64,000 nucleotides of DNA from Octopus vulgaris (GCA_951406725.2 OX597834.1:37820001-37884000), one strand, 5' to 3'. Counted from the first letter of the stretch, positions 1 to 14,590 are shown. Numbers and translations are program-made. The notes: generated by a model from the sequence alone, not told the origin.

Positions 1-48
1 GACTGACATACTGACAGACAGACTGATATATATATGTGTGCGTGTGTG

Positions 49-86
<38 letters not shown>

Positions 87-120
87 CACAGAGACAGACA
101 GACAGACAGATATACTGACC

Positions 121-204
<84 letters not shown>

Positions 205-219
205 TACAGACAGACAGAC

Positions 220-304
<85 letters not shown>

Positions 305-1136
305 AACGGCAGGAAGGTCGGACAGACAGAGAGATGGATGGATGGATGGACGGACAGACGATCAGACAGACAGACAAATATATAGATAGAAGGATAAATA
401 AATGGCAAAAAAGCCTGACAGGCTCTTTTGAGGATTTGGACCCTAATATCACGTGGTATTTGATGTTCTTTAACCCTAGATCAGCTCCGATCCAACAGAC
501 AGACTTGTGATAAATAACAGCCCAGTCTTTTATTTCAGAAACGGTTCATCTGGGATTACTTTATCTAATGTGTCTATCATTTTCTTTTGCTAGTTTCCGT
601 CATGTTGGGACCCTCGTTTGAAGGGTTTAGACAAGCAAATGGGCCCCAGTACTTTTTAAAAACTTGTTACTCATTCTCTTAGTCTCATTTATCGAACACC
701 TATATGCACAGAAGCTAGAATCACATTATCGAACGTGTCCTCTTTTCAGACGATACAGCATAACTTGAGGGTATTTTGGCTAAGACTCCAAGTATGTCGT
801 GTAAACACGTAGACATAATTTGTTGTTCACTTAACACCAGCTACATACATACATACATACATACATACATACATACATACATACATACATACATACATAC
901 ATACATACAAACATAAATACATACATACATACATATTTTTTATTTTATTTTATTTTATTTTATCTAGTTTCAGCTCACGAGCTGTGGCCATGCTGGGGCA
1001 CCGCCATTTGGTGTTGCTACATGATTTAACTTCACGAATGCTTTTTAGTAACTGCCATTTGGTGCATGAGAGTGTTCGATGCAGCTGCCCTCATCTGCAC
1101 CTCCTGCCGTGAATCATATACATATGATTATTATTA

Positions 1137-1221
<85 letters not shown>

Positions 1222-1222
<1 letters not shown>

Positions 1223-1810
1223 TTTTCTTTCAGCTTTGTTTTCATTTCTTGCCGAGTGTCTTCCCAACACTTGGGGCAAAGAAACTCACTGAATACATTG
1301 ATAAGCCATTAAATTAAGCACACGAAATTGTTCATTTTCAAGATGAAATCCAGTCATGCGAAACAAGAATTAAAATACATGAATGGTAATCGTTCTCGCA
1401 TCGACATTGCTCTCCTCAATACTTGCGACCTGCCAATTATTACATGAACGGTAAAACTGGGATCATTCTCAAACAATTTCCTTTTCCCGGTCATTCCAAG
1501 TACTCCTATAATCACTGGTATTGTAACCGCCTTGAGATGACACATTTTTTTTTTTTTCGATTTCAGTCAACAAATCTTTATATTTTCCGAGCTTGTCAAA
1601 TACTTTTACCGATATATTATGATCACAAGCAATACCCACGTCGAACAATAAACAAAATTTATTGTTTTGGTCTTTCACAACAATGTCCGGCCTATTAGCT
1701 TTGATACTTCTGAGTGTATGTACTAGAAAGTCCCAAAGAATCGTTACGTTTTTTTTCCCGTCAGCTTCAACCTCAGAGCTTTGAGTTTATAATGCCAGCA
1801 TATTAACCAG
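1222..1810 (-). mobile_element. 3' end of an R4/Dong-like non-LTR retrotransposon (restriction-like endonuclease domain plus 3' UTR), frameshifted
   Basis: Minus translation VTILWDF..IKANRPDIVVKDQ..CLLFDVGIACDHNI..KLGKYKDL..EI, a frameshift at the poly-T run near 1545-1557, then LKAVTIPVIIGVLG..LRRAMS. This matches RLE PD-(D/E)xK C-terminal motifs. Ends against (ACT)n(AAT)n. Confidence 0.8.
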
Positions 1811-2002
1811 TGTAGATATTAGCCATCTCGGTTATGTTTTGATTTATATTCCACTGGTGCTAAGACTTTACATCCTGAGATTAGGTGGTCCAATGTTTCA
1901 ATCTCATCATTGCAGAATCGGCACTTTGAATCTACTACATTTTTCATCACATTGGCTTGGTTGGTCTGGGACAATAATCTTTGACCTTGAACAGTGTTGT
2001 TG

Positions 2003-2066
<64 letters not shown>

Positions 2067-2084
2067 CATTATTATCTTTTTTTT

Positions 2085-2245
2085 TCTTCTTCTTTCAAAT
2101 TTGCTTCTATTTCTTGCCGAGTGTCTTCCCGACTCCTAGGGCGAAGAAACTCATAGTATACATTGGTAGGCCATTAAACTAAACTCACTAATTCGTTCGG
2201 TTTTTTTTAAGTTAAATTAAAATACATGGGTAGTAATAGTTCTTT
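2085..2245 (-). mobile_element. 5'-truncated second copy (3' UTR only) of the R4/Dong-like element
   Basis: Aligns to 1225-1400 (atttcttgccgagtgtcttccc...agaaactca...attaaaatacatg). (TTA)n lies on both sides. Confidence 0.7.
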
Positions 2246-2246
2246 A

Positions 2247-2328
<82 letters not shown>

Positions 2329-2841
2329 CATCATCATCATCATTATCATTGTTATTAGTGTTGTTGGTGGTGGTGGTGGTGTTGTTTAAAACAGTTTCCT
2401 TCAATCCCATGCAATTTAGTTTCGCATGCTCGACACACGAACGGAGGCCATTGTGCTTCGTCAACTCAACGAACTAGGTTTCTCTGTCGAACATACGAAA
2501 CTTTAAGTTGCGTGGGAGCCCACCAAACTATTTTAAAACTCCTGCAAGGAGTGTTGATTACCTTTTTCTGGTTTTAAATTGATATTAATCAAATTGATAT
2601 TCAATTTTTCACCATTATTATTATATATATATTGCAAAGCTAATGAACTGGTGTAGAGCTGAGTATACGCATGTTCCAGAACAGAGTATTAGTTGAGTAT
2701 GGAGCGATAACAAGAGAAAGAGATTACACAGGAAAAACAATGGTTATGTTATGAACTGCAGTACCTTACAGCTGTTTCTGCTTATAATAAGATGCAGTGG
2801 ACTCATAGTTGAGTGCCTGAATAACATCCTATATATATATA

Positions 2842-3246
2842 GGAGTGGCTTTGTGGTAAGTAGCTTGCTTACCAACCACATGGTTCCGGGTTCAGTCCCA
2901 CTGCGTGACATCTTGGGCAAGTGTCTTCTGCTATAGCCTCGGGCCGACCAATGCCTTGTGAATGGATTTGGTAGACGGAAACTGAAAGAAGCCTGTCGGA
3001 TATATGTATATATATTTATGTGTGTGTATGTGTTTGTGTGTCTGTGTTTGTCCCCCTAGCATTGCTTGACAACCGATGCTGGCGTGTTTATGTTCCCGTC
3101 ACTTAGCGGTTCGGCAAAAAGAGACCGATAGAATAAGTACTGGGCTTTCAAAGAATAAGTCCCGGGGTCGAGTTGCTCGATTAAAGGCGGTGCTCCAGCA
3201 TGGCCGCAGTCAAATGACTGAAACAAGTAAAAAGAGAAAAAAAGAG
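2842..3246 (+). mobile_element. SINE family A, near full-length (tRNA-like head, CORE-like motif, internal microsatellite, conserved tail)
   Basis: A box TGGCTTTGTGG, B box GGTTCAGTCC, CORE-like CTTGGGCAAGT, tail CCAGCATGGCCGCAGTCAAATGACTGAAACAAGTAAAA. More than ten homologous segments occur in the window. Confidence 0.9.
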
Positions 3247-3277
<31 letters not shown>

Positions 3278-3292
3278 CATTATGTGTGTGTG

Positions 3293-3374
<82 letters not shown>

Positions 3375-4815
3375 CAAACAGACAGACAGATGTTTAAATA
3401 TATATGAGCAGAAGTTTTGGAACTTGGAACTCTGTGTGTGTGCTTTTACAAAGTCGATGGAGAGATGATTTTCCCCCAAGACAAAATCCTGTATCAAATG
3501 TCTTTCATGTACAAGAGCGTGTTAAAAATAAATATCCACATCTTTATTTTGATCTTCGATCCCTCGCGCACATGCATTTGATTAATTCCAGCTTGACAAA
3601 CTTCAGCACACACCCACAAATATACACCGCTTTCTGACCCATGGCACACCTTATGCCTTGTCCTGTTCTATAATTTTGTGGTTGAACTCCCTTTGCGTCT
3701 GTTAATTACGTTGCCGGGAGTCGCTCACTATACTACGCCAAAATAAGACCTCTTTATTTAATCGATTCTCTCGCATAATCTTTGCTTGTAGGCATAAATT
3801 TTATAAGACCTTTGCTCATTATACAAAATCTTTATAATTTCTCATTGCCTTAGCTAAAATTCTTTTTCATTCACTGTATCTTCTTCTTTTACAACTTACC
3901 TACTTCCTTACCACTCTGCTTAATTTCCCTTGCTGCTCTGTACTTCATCTCGTTATTAACTGCTTTATCTTGTCTGTTAACTATTGCTTTGCCTTCCACC
4001 ACCACCCTACTATTTTGAACTGACAACAATATTTCTTCGGCCATTTATTAACTTTTCTTCTCTAATTCTGGGTTTTACCAAGCAGTAACATTTTTTCACA
4101 AGCTAACTCCAGCATGGCCACAGTCAAATGACTGAAACAAGTAAAAGAGTAAAGAGAGTAAAAAAGAGTATATCTCTGAGATCTATATGTATTTATCTAC
4201 TTCCCTACCTCTCTATATAGCTATTACGATGCATATGTGTGTGTGTGTGCGCGTGTGTGTGTGTGTATAGGAGCCAAAGTTTCAAATATACCCCAAATGA
4301 CCGATGTGTTATGTACTCCTAAAGAGGCGAAATCAGGCCGAAATACCATGCCCTGTAGTTCGTTGATGTTGCTTGGAGTTCGACTCGACGTGTTTTCCAC
4401 GCAAAGTCTATACAGAAAAGTATTTTTCGCGCAGAGCATAAAATCATGATAAAAATAAATGTAGACATCTTTAGGAAACACGTCTATCTGAATTACCTTA
4501 TAACACGTGCGTTTGAAAAGCTGTAAAGCAGCAAAAAGCGCTTGCACAAAAACTTCCTTACCCCAGGTCTGTGTTTATTTCTTTTTAAAAGAGTTTAAAA
4601 AAATTTTGAATGTACGAAAACTTTTTCAAATATGCGTGCGTGTGTGTGCATGTGTATGTGTGCGTGTGTGTGTGTGTGTTTGTGAGTGTTTTTACTATAT
4701 ATATGTTTACTTATACACATATATAGATACACGGACACATACCAGCCTAACTACTTACCTATTACATATACATCAACTATATATATATATATATATATAT
4801 ATACTTAAATATATA

Positions 4816-4849
<34 letters not shown>

Positions 4850-4863
4850 CATACATACATACA

Positions 4864-4897
<34 letters not shown>

Positions 4898-5305
4898 ATA
4901 AAGTACATATAAAATAGAACATTATCAAACGGTTCTTACAAAGGAATGCATTATAATACATTAATATATATAAATTTGGTTCAGCTTTAAATCGATATTT
5001 ATGATATTTATCAGATATACCAAGTTAGCATGTTTAGTAGCCCAATCGATGTTTAGAATCACTACATGAATGAAATGTTACATATATCGTTCCAATTAAC
5101 TGATTTAACTGCTTTTATAATAATGTAATTTATACGAAATTCTTCTTTTAAGTATATTATTTTCGTTGTACTATGTAGGTTAACATAGGAGGTATAATCG
5201 ATTATAGTCATAAAAAGACTTTAATGATTTTGCTGCTTCAACTTTGTTACTTTGCTGCGAATACTCATGCTTTTTTTTACATACATACATGTTTGTTTAA
5301 ATCCT

Positions 5306-5500
5306 TGGCGTGGCTGAGTGGCAAAAAGTTTGCTTCTCAACCACATGGGTTCGGCTCCACTCTAGCCTCGGGCTGTTCAAAGTCCTGTGGGTGGGTTTAG
5401 TGGAACTGAAATAAGGCTGTCATGTGTATATATGTGTTTGTGTTTGTCATCCACCACTGTCTACCACTGCTTGACAACCGGTATTGGTATGTTTACGCGC
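5306..5500 (+). mobile_element. SINE family A, diverged and internally deleted copy
   Basis: tggctgagtgg..aaccacatgg..tagcctcggg..gcttgacaaccgg is homologous to 2842-3090. Confidence 0.7.
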
Positions 5501-6364
5501 AGCCCTGGATCGGGGTTTAATACCTGTGAATTAATGCGTAGTTCGGTTTGAAAATCGAATAAAACAAGGCTCTTGAAAAAGGTTTCTGAGTGCACCGGCC
5601 GAAATATTGTAACCATATCAATCATGATATATCAACGTATAACATAACATCCATTTAAATTTGGCAACAATTTAGAGCTGTTAAAATCCTCTTTCTTTCT
5701 TTGTGCCTGGCTTTTGCCGTTCTTTGTCTTTTTTTTTAACAATGAAACTTTTAGCCGTAATCAGTGTTACATTTAACAAACCCTTCAAAGATAATCAAAC
5801 ATTAATATTTGATCTGTCCTAAGATAAATATTTCTGGTCTGATCCAGTGCGGTCTTAAGGTATTAGCACATCAGGCAAGTTACGTATCTCACGATTGTAG
5901 GGGTTCAATTCCAATCTATGTATGTTGTGGCTTGCTGTAAAAGTGTATATACTATAGAGTCAAGTGCATCGGTATATACCCAGAGACCTATAATACTGCT
6001 CAGGTGGTCCTGGTTTTATTTATGCATCAACTTTGATATATATTCTTCCATTGTCGATAAAAATAAAGCGTTAGTCAAATGCCGGGATCGATTTATATTG
6101 TTATGATACTTTCTAGAAATTGAATGGAATTGTAACAGAAAACAAGGCCTGGAGACTTGCTGTATGGCTGCAGCCCTAATCTATCATTCAGTAAAACTGC
6201 ATGTCAACGGCCACAAACTTTCTCCTCAAAAAAGAAGCTATTTGAGGTCTGAACAACTGCTGAGCTGATAGTGGGTGTATATAACAACTAATCTGTCCTA
6301 GTTATCTAACATTATACTGGAGTACTGCTCTTCTATCTAAAACATATTAGATTATAAATAAGCA

Positions 6365-6840
6365 TAAACTGGACTGAAACTTGCTGTAAACATCCTATCA
6401 GCTATCCTCGGATTCAGGACTTTTAAATACAAAGATACCAACTATCAAACTCAGAAATATCCCGTCTGCCCTAACACCACTGGGGGGTTTAGGACACACG
6501 AGATCCCATTCTCGGTGGCACGTAGAGCGAGGCACTGTACCGAATATACATCGACTACGCTCTTGTGCTGACTCTTTTCAGAGATGAGGTGACGAGCAGC
6601 TACGCGAAAACTTTAACACCCGCCACAACAAAATCAAATTCACCGTTTGAGCACACTGCGATTGATGGCCCCTTCAGCTTGTTGGATTTCACTTTGCTCT
6701 TCGCATCAGAACTGTCACAATTTGGTCCTTCGTGAAGAAGGTCGATGAGCAACATCTTGCCTCACTCGGATTGCGTTTATTCACAAAGTCTTAAATATTA
6801 CCAAGCAAGACATCTACTAGACTGCCGCGGAGACAGGTGC
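6365..6840 (+). pseudogene. Decayed Penelope-like element reverse transcriptase fragment
   Basis: Across frameshifts: FKYKDTNYQ, LYRIYIDY (YxDD-like, 6547-6558), FNTRHNKIKFT (6612-6644), GPFSLLDF. Order and spacing match PLE RT motifs (YxDD...HPNIKFT.E...LPFLD). Confidence 0.65.
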
Positions 6841-6892
6841 AACGAAGTTACGCTAGCATGCTCTGCGTGGAGCTATCTATCTATCTATCTAC

Positions 6893-7052
<160 letters not shown>

Positions 7053-7485
7053 GTCTGTCTGTCTGCCTCTTTGTCTATTTGTCTGTCTGTCTGTCTGTCT
7101 GTCTATTTAACTATATAACGAGAGAAAGAGAGAGAGAGAATGAGGAAGAGAGAGCCAGTTGTCTGTTTAAATGCTTTTCTATCTCCGTCGCCTCATCTGT
7201 CATTACCGTTTAACATTAGAAGTGAAAACCACCAACAAACTCTTACTGTTTGTTATTCAATTCTGACAGTTTCTGATACTTTTTTTCTTTTTTTTTTTGA
7301 AGTGTCATTTAGTTATATCAGTTTCTCACACTGCTATAAACCACATTCAACTGAGGAGACGCCAGACCTACAAACTTACAGTTTAACTAACGCCTAATAG
7401 ACAAACACACACACACACACACATACAAACACATATATATTCATATATTTATATATACATATATATATATATTTATTTACATATG

Positions 7486-7541
<56 letters not shown>

Positions 7542-7614
7542 TACATGTATTCATACATACATATATAAATATAAGTCTGTGTACGTATCTATATAGATAT
7601 CAATATAGATATGT

Positions 7615-7649
<35 letters not shown>

Positions 7650-7695
7650 GGTATATTTATATACATATGTGTGTGTATCTATCAATCTGTCAATC

Positions 7696-7792
<97 letters not shown>

Positions 7793-7882
7793 GAGATATA
7801 TATTTACAGGCTCGCACGCACCCACAAATGTACACGTATGTCTAGGTATGTTACTTGTTCAGTTATATAACTGTGCAATGTG

Positions 7883-7929
<47 letters not shown>

Positions 7930-8566
7930 TCATACACACACACACACACACAAACACACACATACCCACATATATACACACGTACAGAGGCACAACAACA
8001 TAACAAAAGAATACGGAAAAGCTGGACATACAAGAGTCTTTGAGTGTTCTCAGCGCTGTCATGCTTGTCTCAAGACGATATCACATCAATATAACGTATT
8101 TATCGAATTCACTTGTCGCTAAATACTAAACCTTAAACGGCGCCATGTTTTCTACAGTACATAAGCAAGCTGAAGAGTTTCCATTCTTCTTTGCACCAAT
8201 TAATTCAAAGACACAGTACTCAGTCGTGGCAGTCGTAGCACTTGAATATGGCGGATAGATATTTTTGTGTGGAAGCTGGGAAACACAAAGGCAAAGAAGA
8301 GCAAGGCAGAATGCTGCTTGTGAAAGGAGGCCAAGATGAGATCCTAACTATGTGTGTGTGCGTGTGTGTGTGTCTGTATGTGTATGTACACGCGTGTATA
8401 CACAGAAATATATTTCTATGTGTGTAAATGCATGTATATGTATACATATGTATGTATATTTGTATGATGCATGATATATGTATGTATGTCAATGTATATG
8501 TGTATATGTATGTGAGTGTGTATGCGTGTGTATGTATATATATATATATATACATGTATATATAAG

Positions 8567-8605
<39 letters not shown>

Positions 8606-8779
8606 CTGTATGTAGGTATATTGTTGCTTAATAGGAGTGGAATGTTCTTTTTATTTCTTAGAGAAATAGAGAAACGAAATGAACATCTCACTCACATGAA
8701 ATAACTATATGCCTATGTTTTCCCACCCCTGTATATGTAAAAATACACACACACACATGTATGTATGTATGTATGTATG

Positions 8780-8834
<55 letters not shown>

Positions 8835-8905
8835 GTATACATATATATATTTTTTTCTAGTTTCAGCTCAGAGCAGCGGCCATGCTGATGAACCGCCGTT
8901 TTGTG

Positions 8906-8951
<46 letters not shown>

Positions 8952-8952
8952 T

Positions 8953-8987
<35 letters not shown>

Positions 8988-9066
8988 GTATATATATATA
9001 TATATTTATGTATATTCATAGATTGATAGATAGATAGACAGATAGATAGATAGATAGATACATACA

Positions 9067-9135
<69 letters not shown>

Positions 9136-9145
9136 ACACACACAC

Positions 9146-9218
<73 letters not shown>

Positions 9219-9744
9219 GCCACCGGACGCTTAGCCTGCCGGTCATCATTTTCTCCTCTCTTACAATTTCTCTCTTTATATCTATTGACCTTTTCTCCTG
9301 AGCGTTACCCAATACCCTCGTGTTTGGCCGAAAGGCTGTAATGTATTCCGTCTTCGTTTATCGTTTCGAATTACATTTGTCTACTTTCGTACATCCACCC
9401 TGTATTGTCTTCTTTGCTCCAGCCTTAACTCTACGCAAATCTTGCGGGTGCCGCCGATATACGAAGTTCTCAGTCTTATCGTTAAACGAAACTGTGAATT
9501 AGTATTTTCGGTCGATAACTCATGAAGAATTAGGGCCCTTTTATGTCTGTCCTTCGTGTTCGTTTTGTAGCATTTAATGCATTTTCCGCTTACATTTAGA
9601 GCAGACACCGTTCATATATGTCTTTACCTTTTATCCTTAACATCCTTAATTGGTTCAGGCCATGCTGTAGCAACGATTGGATTTTTTTTTATCTGTATTG
9701 AGCTTTTGGTAAAAGAGAGAGCTGGACGGAGCTGCTCTTCTTTG

Positions 9745-10105
9745 TGCTTCGGGCCGACCAAAGCCATGTGAGTGGATTTGGTAGACGGAAACTAAAAGAA
9801 GCCCATTGTGTATGTATATGTATATATATATATATGTATATGTGCGTGTGAGCGTGTGAGCGTGTGAGCGTGTGAGCGTGTATCTATCTGTGTGTGTGTT
9901 TGTCCTCCACCAGCCCTTGACAACTGTTGCTGAGGTGTTTATGTCTCCGTAACTTAGCAGTTCGGCAAAATATTCAGTACTCAGAATAAATATCAAGCTT
10001 TAAAACAAGTAAGTACTGGCATCGTTATATTGGACTGAAAATTCTGCAGCGCTGTGCCCCAGCGTGGCCGCAGTATAATGACTGAAACAAAAGATAAGAG
10101 ATACA
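9745..10105 (+). mobile_element. SINE family A, 5'-truncated copy
   Basis: cgggccgaccaaagcc..gtgagtggatttggtagacggaaact..ccgtaacttagc..ggccgcagt..tgactgaaacaa. Confidence 0.8.
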
Positions 10106-10203
10106 AGATACACATACATACATACATACATACATACATACATACACACACATATACACATACACACAATATATATGTGTGTGTGTATATATGTATATTA
10201 GTA

Positions 10204-10241
<38 letters not shown>

Positions 10242-10651
10242 CATATATATACATATATTTATATACGCACATATATGCATATATATATATATATATCTAC
10301 ACCGGAGTAAAATATTTATATATATATATATCATTCCGGTGTAAATATATATATATATATAAATATATAACTATATATATATATATATATACATATATAT
10401 AAATATATAACTATATATATATATATATATATACATATATATAAATATATAACTATATATATATATATATACATATATACATATATAATATGATATATGA
10501 TATATACCTTATACACACTAACATAACTTAAACATATGCGCACTCGTATATATGCACGTATACATATACATTTATATACATAAATGCATTCACACATATA
10601 TATACACACGCACATATATACGTGTGCGTCTAAGTGCAGTTGCCTATAAGC

Positions 10652-10715
<64 letters not shown>

Positions 10716-11025
10716 AGGGGGAAATACGTCTGTGTTGAGTGCAAGAAGGACAATTGTAAGGTTTCTTGCTTTCAGAACAACAAACAATATAAAGAAAGGC
10801 TGCTAACAAGCGATAGGAAGGAAGAGAGCGTGAACGAAGGGAAGTGAGAAAGGAAAAAGAGAAGAGATACAAAATGAAGAAGACGGGAAGAAAAAGGGGG
10901 GAAAAAAATAGTAAACCAGTAAGAAAGACCTGAAGAGTGAATAGACGCAAAGCGAATGTGGCAAAAGGAAATGAGTAAAAGAGTATGAATGATAAGAAAA
11001 ATATCAGAAAAAGAATATTGAATAT

Positions 11026-11149
<124 letters not shown>

Positions 11150-11291
11150 GATATGATACATTATATAATGTGGTATATTATGTATATATATATATCTAAT
11201 GTAATATAATGTAATATAATACATACTATATATAATGAATTACGTATATATTAACTATATATGTATATATATATATGTGTGTGTGTTTATA

Positions 11292-11329
<38 letters not shown>

Positions 11330-12145
11330 TACATATGAATGTATATGTATATATATGAATAGATATATGCGTGTGTGTATGTATATATAAGTTTATATAT
11401 ATATATATAAACGTGTTATATCTATCTATATATATACATATATATATGGAATGAAATATTGCGTTTGCAGTCGTTATATTTATGTATATATATATAAATA
11501 TATATATATATGTGTGTGTGTGTGTGTTTGTGTGCGTGTGTATGTGCGTGTGTATATATAGATATGTGTGTGTATGTGTGTATGTATGCATTTACGTACG
11601 TATGTATATTTGCTTATACATATCTAGATATGTACTTTGTAAAAAACATCTACGTATGTATAAAAGCCTCGAGTCAGACGAATTATATCAGATTCGACAC
11701 CCTCCCCCCACACACACACAAGTCCTGTTATTAATGTTCCTGTGTCTCCTCTTCTTTTTTTGTTGCTTCTTTTTTTTTTTTTTTTCTCGTTTTCGTTTCA
11801 CCATCTTTTCTCTGCGTAATAACAGATTTCTCTGGAGGTAATTTAAACCTGAGAGATTAGCAACTCCATAAAGATCTTCCTATGATTTCTTTCGAAACAC
11901 TGACCAATCAGCAGCCACCTGTACTTGTGTGCTGCTTAGCAGCAATAAATACTATTGTCTGTTTCACAAAAGTTACACAATGTTGTAAGTTTCCACTTCG
12001 GTTTGCCGAAACACGGGTCATGTCCTATAACCAGTCTGCATTTAAACACACACTTTTCATGTAATTTTTCTGGCTTATTTTAGACTAAGTTCTATATTTT
12101 ATGAGATTATTGACCAGCGGCGCAACGCTGAATTTCTCAACTTAC

Positions 12146-12195
12146 TGTTTAATATGCGTTGAATGCTTTGAATACATTTCTGAAGATGTAGACAA
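12146..12195 (-). CDS. Small internal coding exon (LSTSSEMYSKHSTHIK plus 2 nt) of the same gene
   Basis: Acceptor ctgatttcgtctcag|TTG in phase 0 matches the upstream phase-0 donor. 50 bp open, S/T-rich, ending at donor ACA|GTAAGT (phase 2). Confidence 0.6.
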
Positions 12196-12259
12196 CTGAG
12201 ACGAAATCAGATGTTACGCTCGACATGTCTACTAAAATATATATTATGTAAGTGTGTGA

Positions 12260-12295
<36 letters not shown>

Positions 12296-12296
12296 A

Positions 12297-12339
<43 letters not shown>

Positions 12340-12523
12340 TAGACAAACAGACAGACAAAAAATGTACGGAGTTCGATTTCTTTGGTTAAATTCTTCACGG
12401 CAGTGCCCCAGCATGGCCGCAGTCTAATGATTGAAACAACGAAAAGACAAAAGATAACAGGTAAAAAAAAAAAGAAAGAAATAATCAAATAAATAAATGA
12501 ACAAATAGAATTAGTTGTGTTAC

Positions 12524-13206
12524 CTGATCTTTGTTTGGTTCTACACCGATAGGGGGAGTTGGTAGTGCTGTTTGAATGCGAGTGACGGAGAAGTCCGTGG
12601 GTCTTTGGACGAGTTCACTATTGGGCAGTCTGGTGGAGACAACAATTTCGTCTTTTGATGCAATCGTTGTTGTAACAGCAGCAGTAGTAGCAGTAGTAGT
12701 AGTTGTTGTTGTTGATGCTGTTGTAGTTGTTGTAGTGACGTCAACATCAATGGCGGTAAACACGGATTCTTTAGTTGAGTCGTTGATATCAAGAATGGTT
12801 GCAGAACTAACAGAACTAAGAGCAAGGGAGTTAACTCTGATGTTGCTTGTGGCGTTGGAGTTGCTCTTGTTGTTGTTGTTAGTATCTGTACTAGTATCCA
12901 TAGAAGAATTTGTATTACTGGTACTAGTAGTTGGTGCAGTATATTCAACGACTTTTGTGTTAGTGAACGATGCTTTGGGCAGGTTTTGTTCCGTTCCTGT
13001 GACTGAATCACTTTCCACTGTCTCCGTTGTCGAAGAATCGATATCAGAAATGGTTACACCCGTTGGAACATCCAGTATTCTGCCTCCAGTCTGTGATTCT
13101 GTTAAAGTTTGTGTTGGCACGGTAACGGAATCTTTAACTTCAGTATCCTCAGTCACAACTCTTTGAGGGGTCGAGATTTGGCCCTTAATCACAACAACCA
13201 GAAAAC
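12524..13206 (-). CDS. Large internal coding exon, Ser/Thr-rich mucin-like region (683 bp)
   Basis: Acceptor ttttag|GT TTT CTG GTT GTT GTG ATT AAG GGC CAA, then 227 stop-free, mostly non-repetitive codons, then donor CAG|GTAACA (phase 0). T/S-rich with N-glycosylation sequons NSS, NKS, NAT and NDS. Overlaps track ORF 12485..13192. Confidence 0.85.
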
Positions 13207-13304
13207 CTAAAATTTACCGAAACAGGTGTTAAATTATGCGAAAGAACACAAATATTATAAAAACAATAAGTGACAGGGGCAAGAAACTGATACAAATAAC
13301 AACC

Positions 13305-14590
13305 GTTTCAAATTTTGGCTCAAACCCAACAATTTGAGGGGAGGGGGGCATGTAGATTTCATCGAGTTCAATACTTGGCTGGTATTTTATTTCAACGATG
13401 TCCAAAGGACAAAGGGTAAATTCGATCTCGGCGCATTTTAATTCAGAAGATAAAGAGTCGGAAGAAACGATGTTAAGCGTTTTGTCCAATACGTTAACGA
13501 TTCTACCAGCTCGCCACCTTACCCACCAGCCTAATAATAGTAACAAGAATTATTTCAAATTTTGGCACAAGGCCAGCAATTTTAGGGGTGAGTTGATCGG
13601 TTACATCGGTCACAGTGCTTGACTGGTACACTAGTTAATGCCCCGAAAGGATGACAGGCAAAGTTGACCTCGCCGGTATTTGAACTCAGAACACCAAAAA
13701 GCCAGAAGAAAGACCGATGAGCTTTTTGTCCAATACGCTAATGATTCTGCCAGCTCGCCTTGCTTGTATTTCTTTCTCATTTTGGTTCAGGGCTAATAAT
13801 TTTATCATATGAAGAAGCTGATTACATCAATCCTAGTCCCCAGCTGGTTCTTATTTTATCGACCTCGTAAAGATGAATGAGAAAAGAGTCGGAAGAAATG
13901 TGGCTAAGCATTTTGTCCGGAGTGCTGACGCTCTGTCAGTTCACTGGCCTAATAATGGTTTCAAGATTTGGCACAGAGCAAGCAGTTTTTGAGGAGAGGG
14001 GCACCCCAGTCGATTGCAACTTATTTTCTCGATTTCAAGAAAGATGAAAGACAAAGACGACATTGGTTGCACCTGAACTCAAAGCGTAATAAGCCGGAAG
14101 AAATGCCACTAAGCATTTTGTCCGGAGCACTGACGCTCTGTCAGTTCACTGGCCTAATAATGGTTTCAAGTTTTGGCACAGAGCAAGCAGTATTTGAGGA
14201 GAGGGGGACCCCAGTCGACTGCAACTTATTTTCTCGATTTCAAGAAAGATGAAAGACAAAGACGACCTTGGTTGCATCTGAACTCAAAGCGGGGTAAGCC
14301 GGAAGAAATGCCACTAAGCATTTTGTTCGACGCACTGCCGATTCCACCTGTCCACCGCCCTAAATGACGCAACACCCGAAATTCTGAGGGAGGAGGGTTG
14401 TTGATTAGACTCACCCCAACGCACAATTAGTACTTTATTCCAGTCCATTAAATTGAGTCCATGGTCCCGAATCAAAAGTAAAATCTTAGTTGTCTCTGGT
14501 GGGATTTGTACGTACAGTGTAAATGATTGTGACTAAATATACACGAAGACATTTTAAAGACATTCAGTTGAGTTAGACAATTCCGCCGGT
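13305..14590 (-). mobile_element. Head-to-tail cluster of about six diverged family-B SINEs, including a recent 205-bp tandem duplication (about 13890-14345)
   Basis: Recurring plus-strand blocks tttggcaca.. / aa(g)gatgaaag.caaag.cgac / tgaactca / gaagaaatg..taagcattttgtcc. Two units are near identical with a 205-bp period (track ORFs at 13968 and 14173). Confidence 0.75.

Noticed and set aside
5581-5612. ggttt CTGAGTG..ggcc GAAA tattg TA acc hammerhead-like string (similar string at about 9297-9345)
   Set aside because: The core deviates at several invariant positions and helix II is not convincing.
12576-13166. 196-aa plus-strand ORF
   Set aside because: Antisense shadow of the real minus-strand exon.
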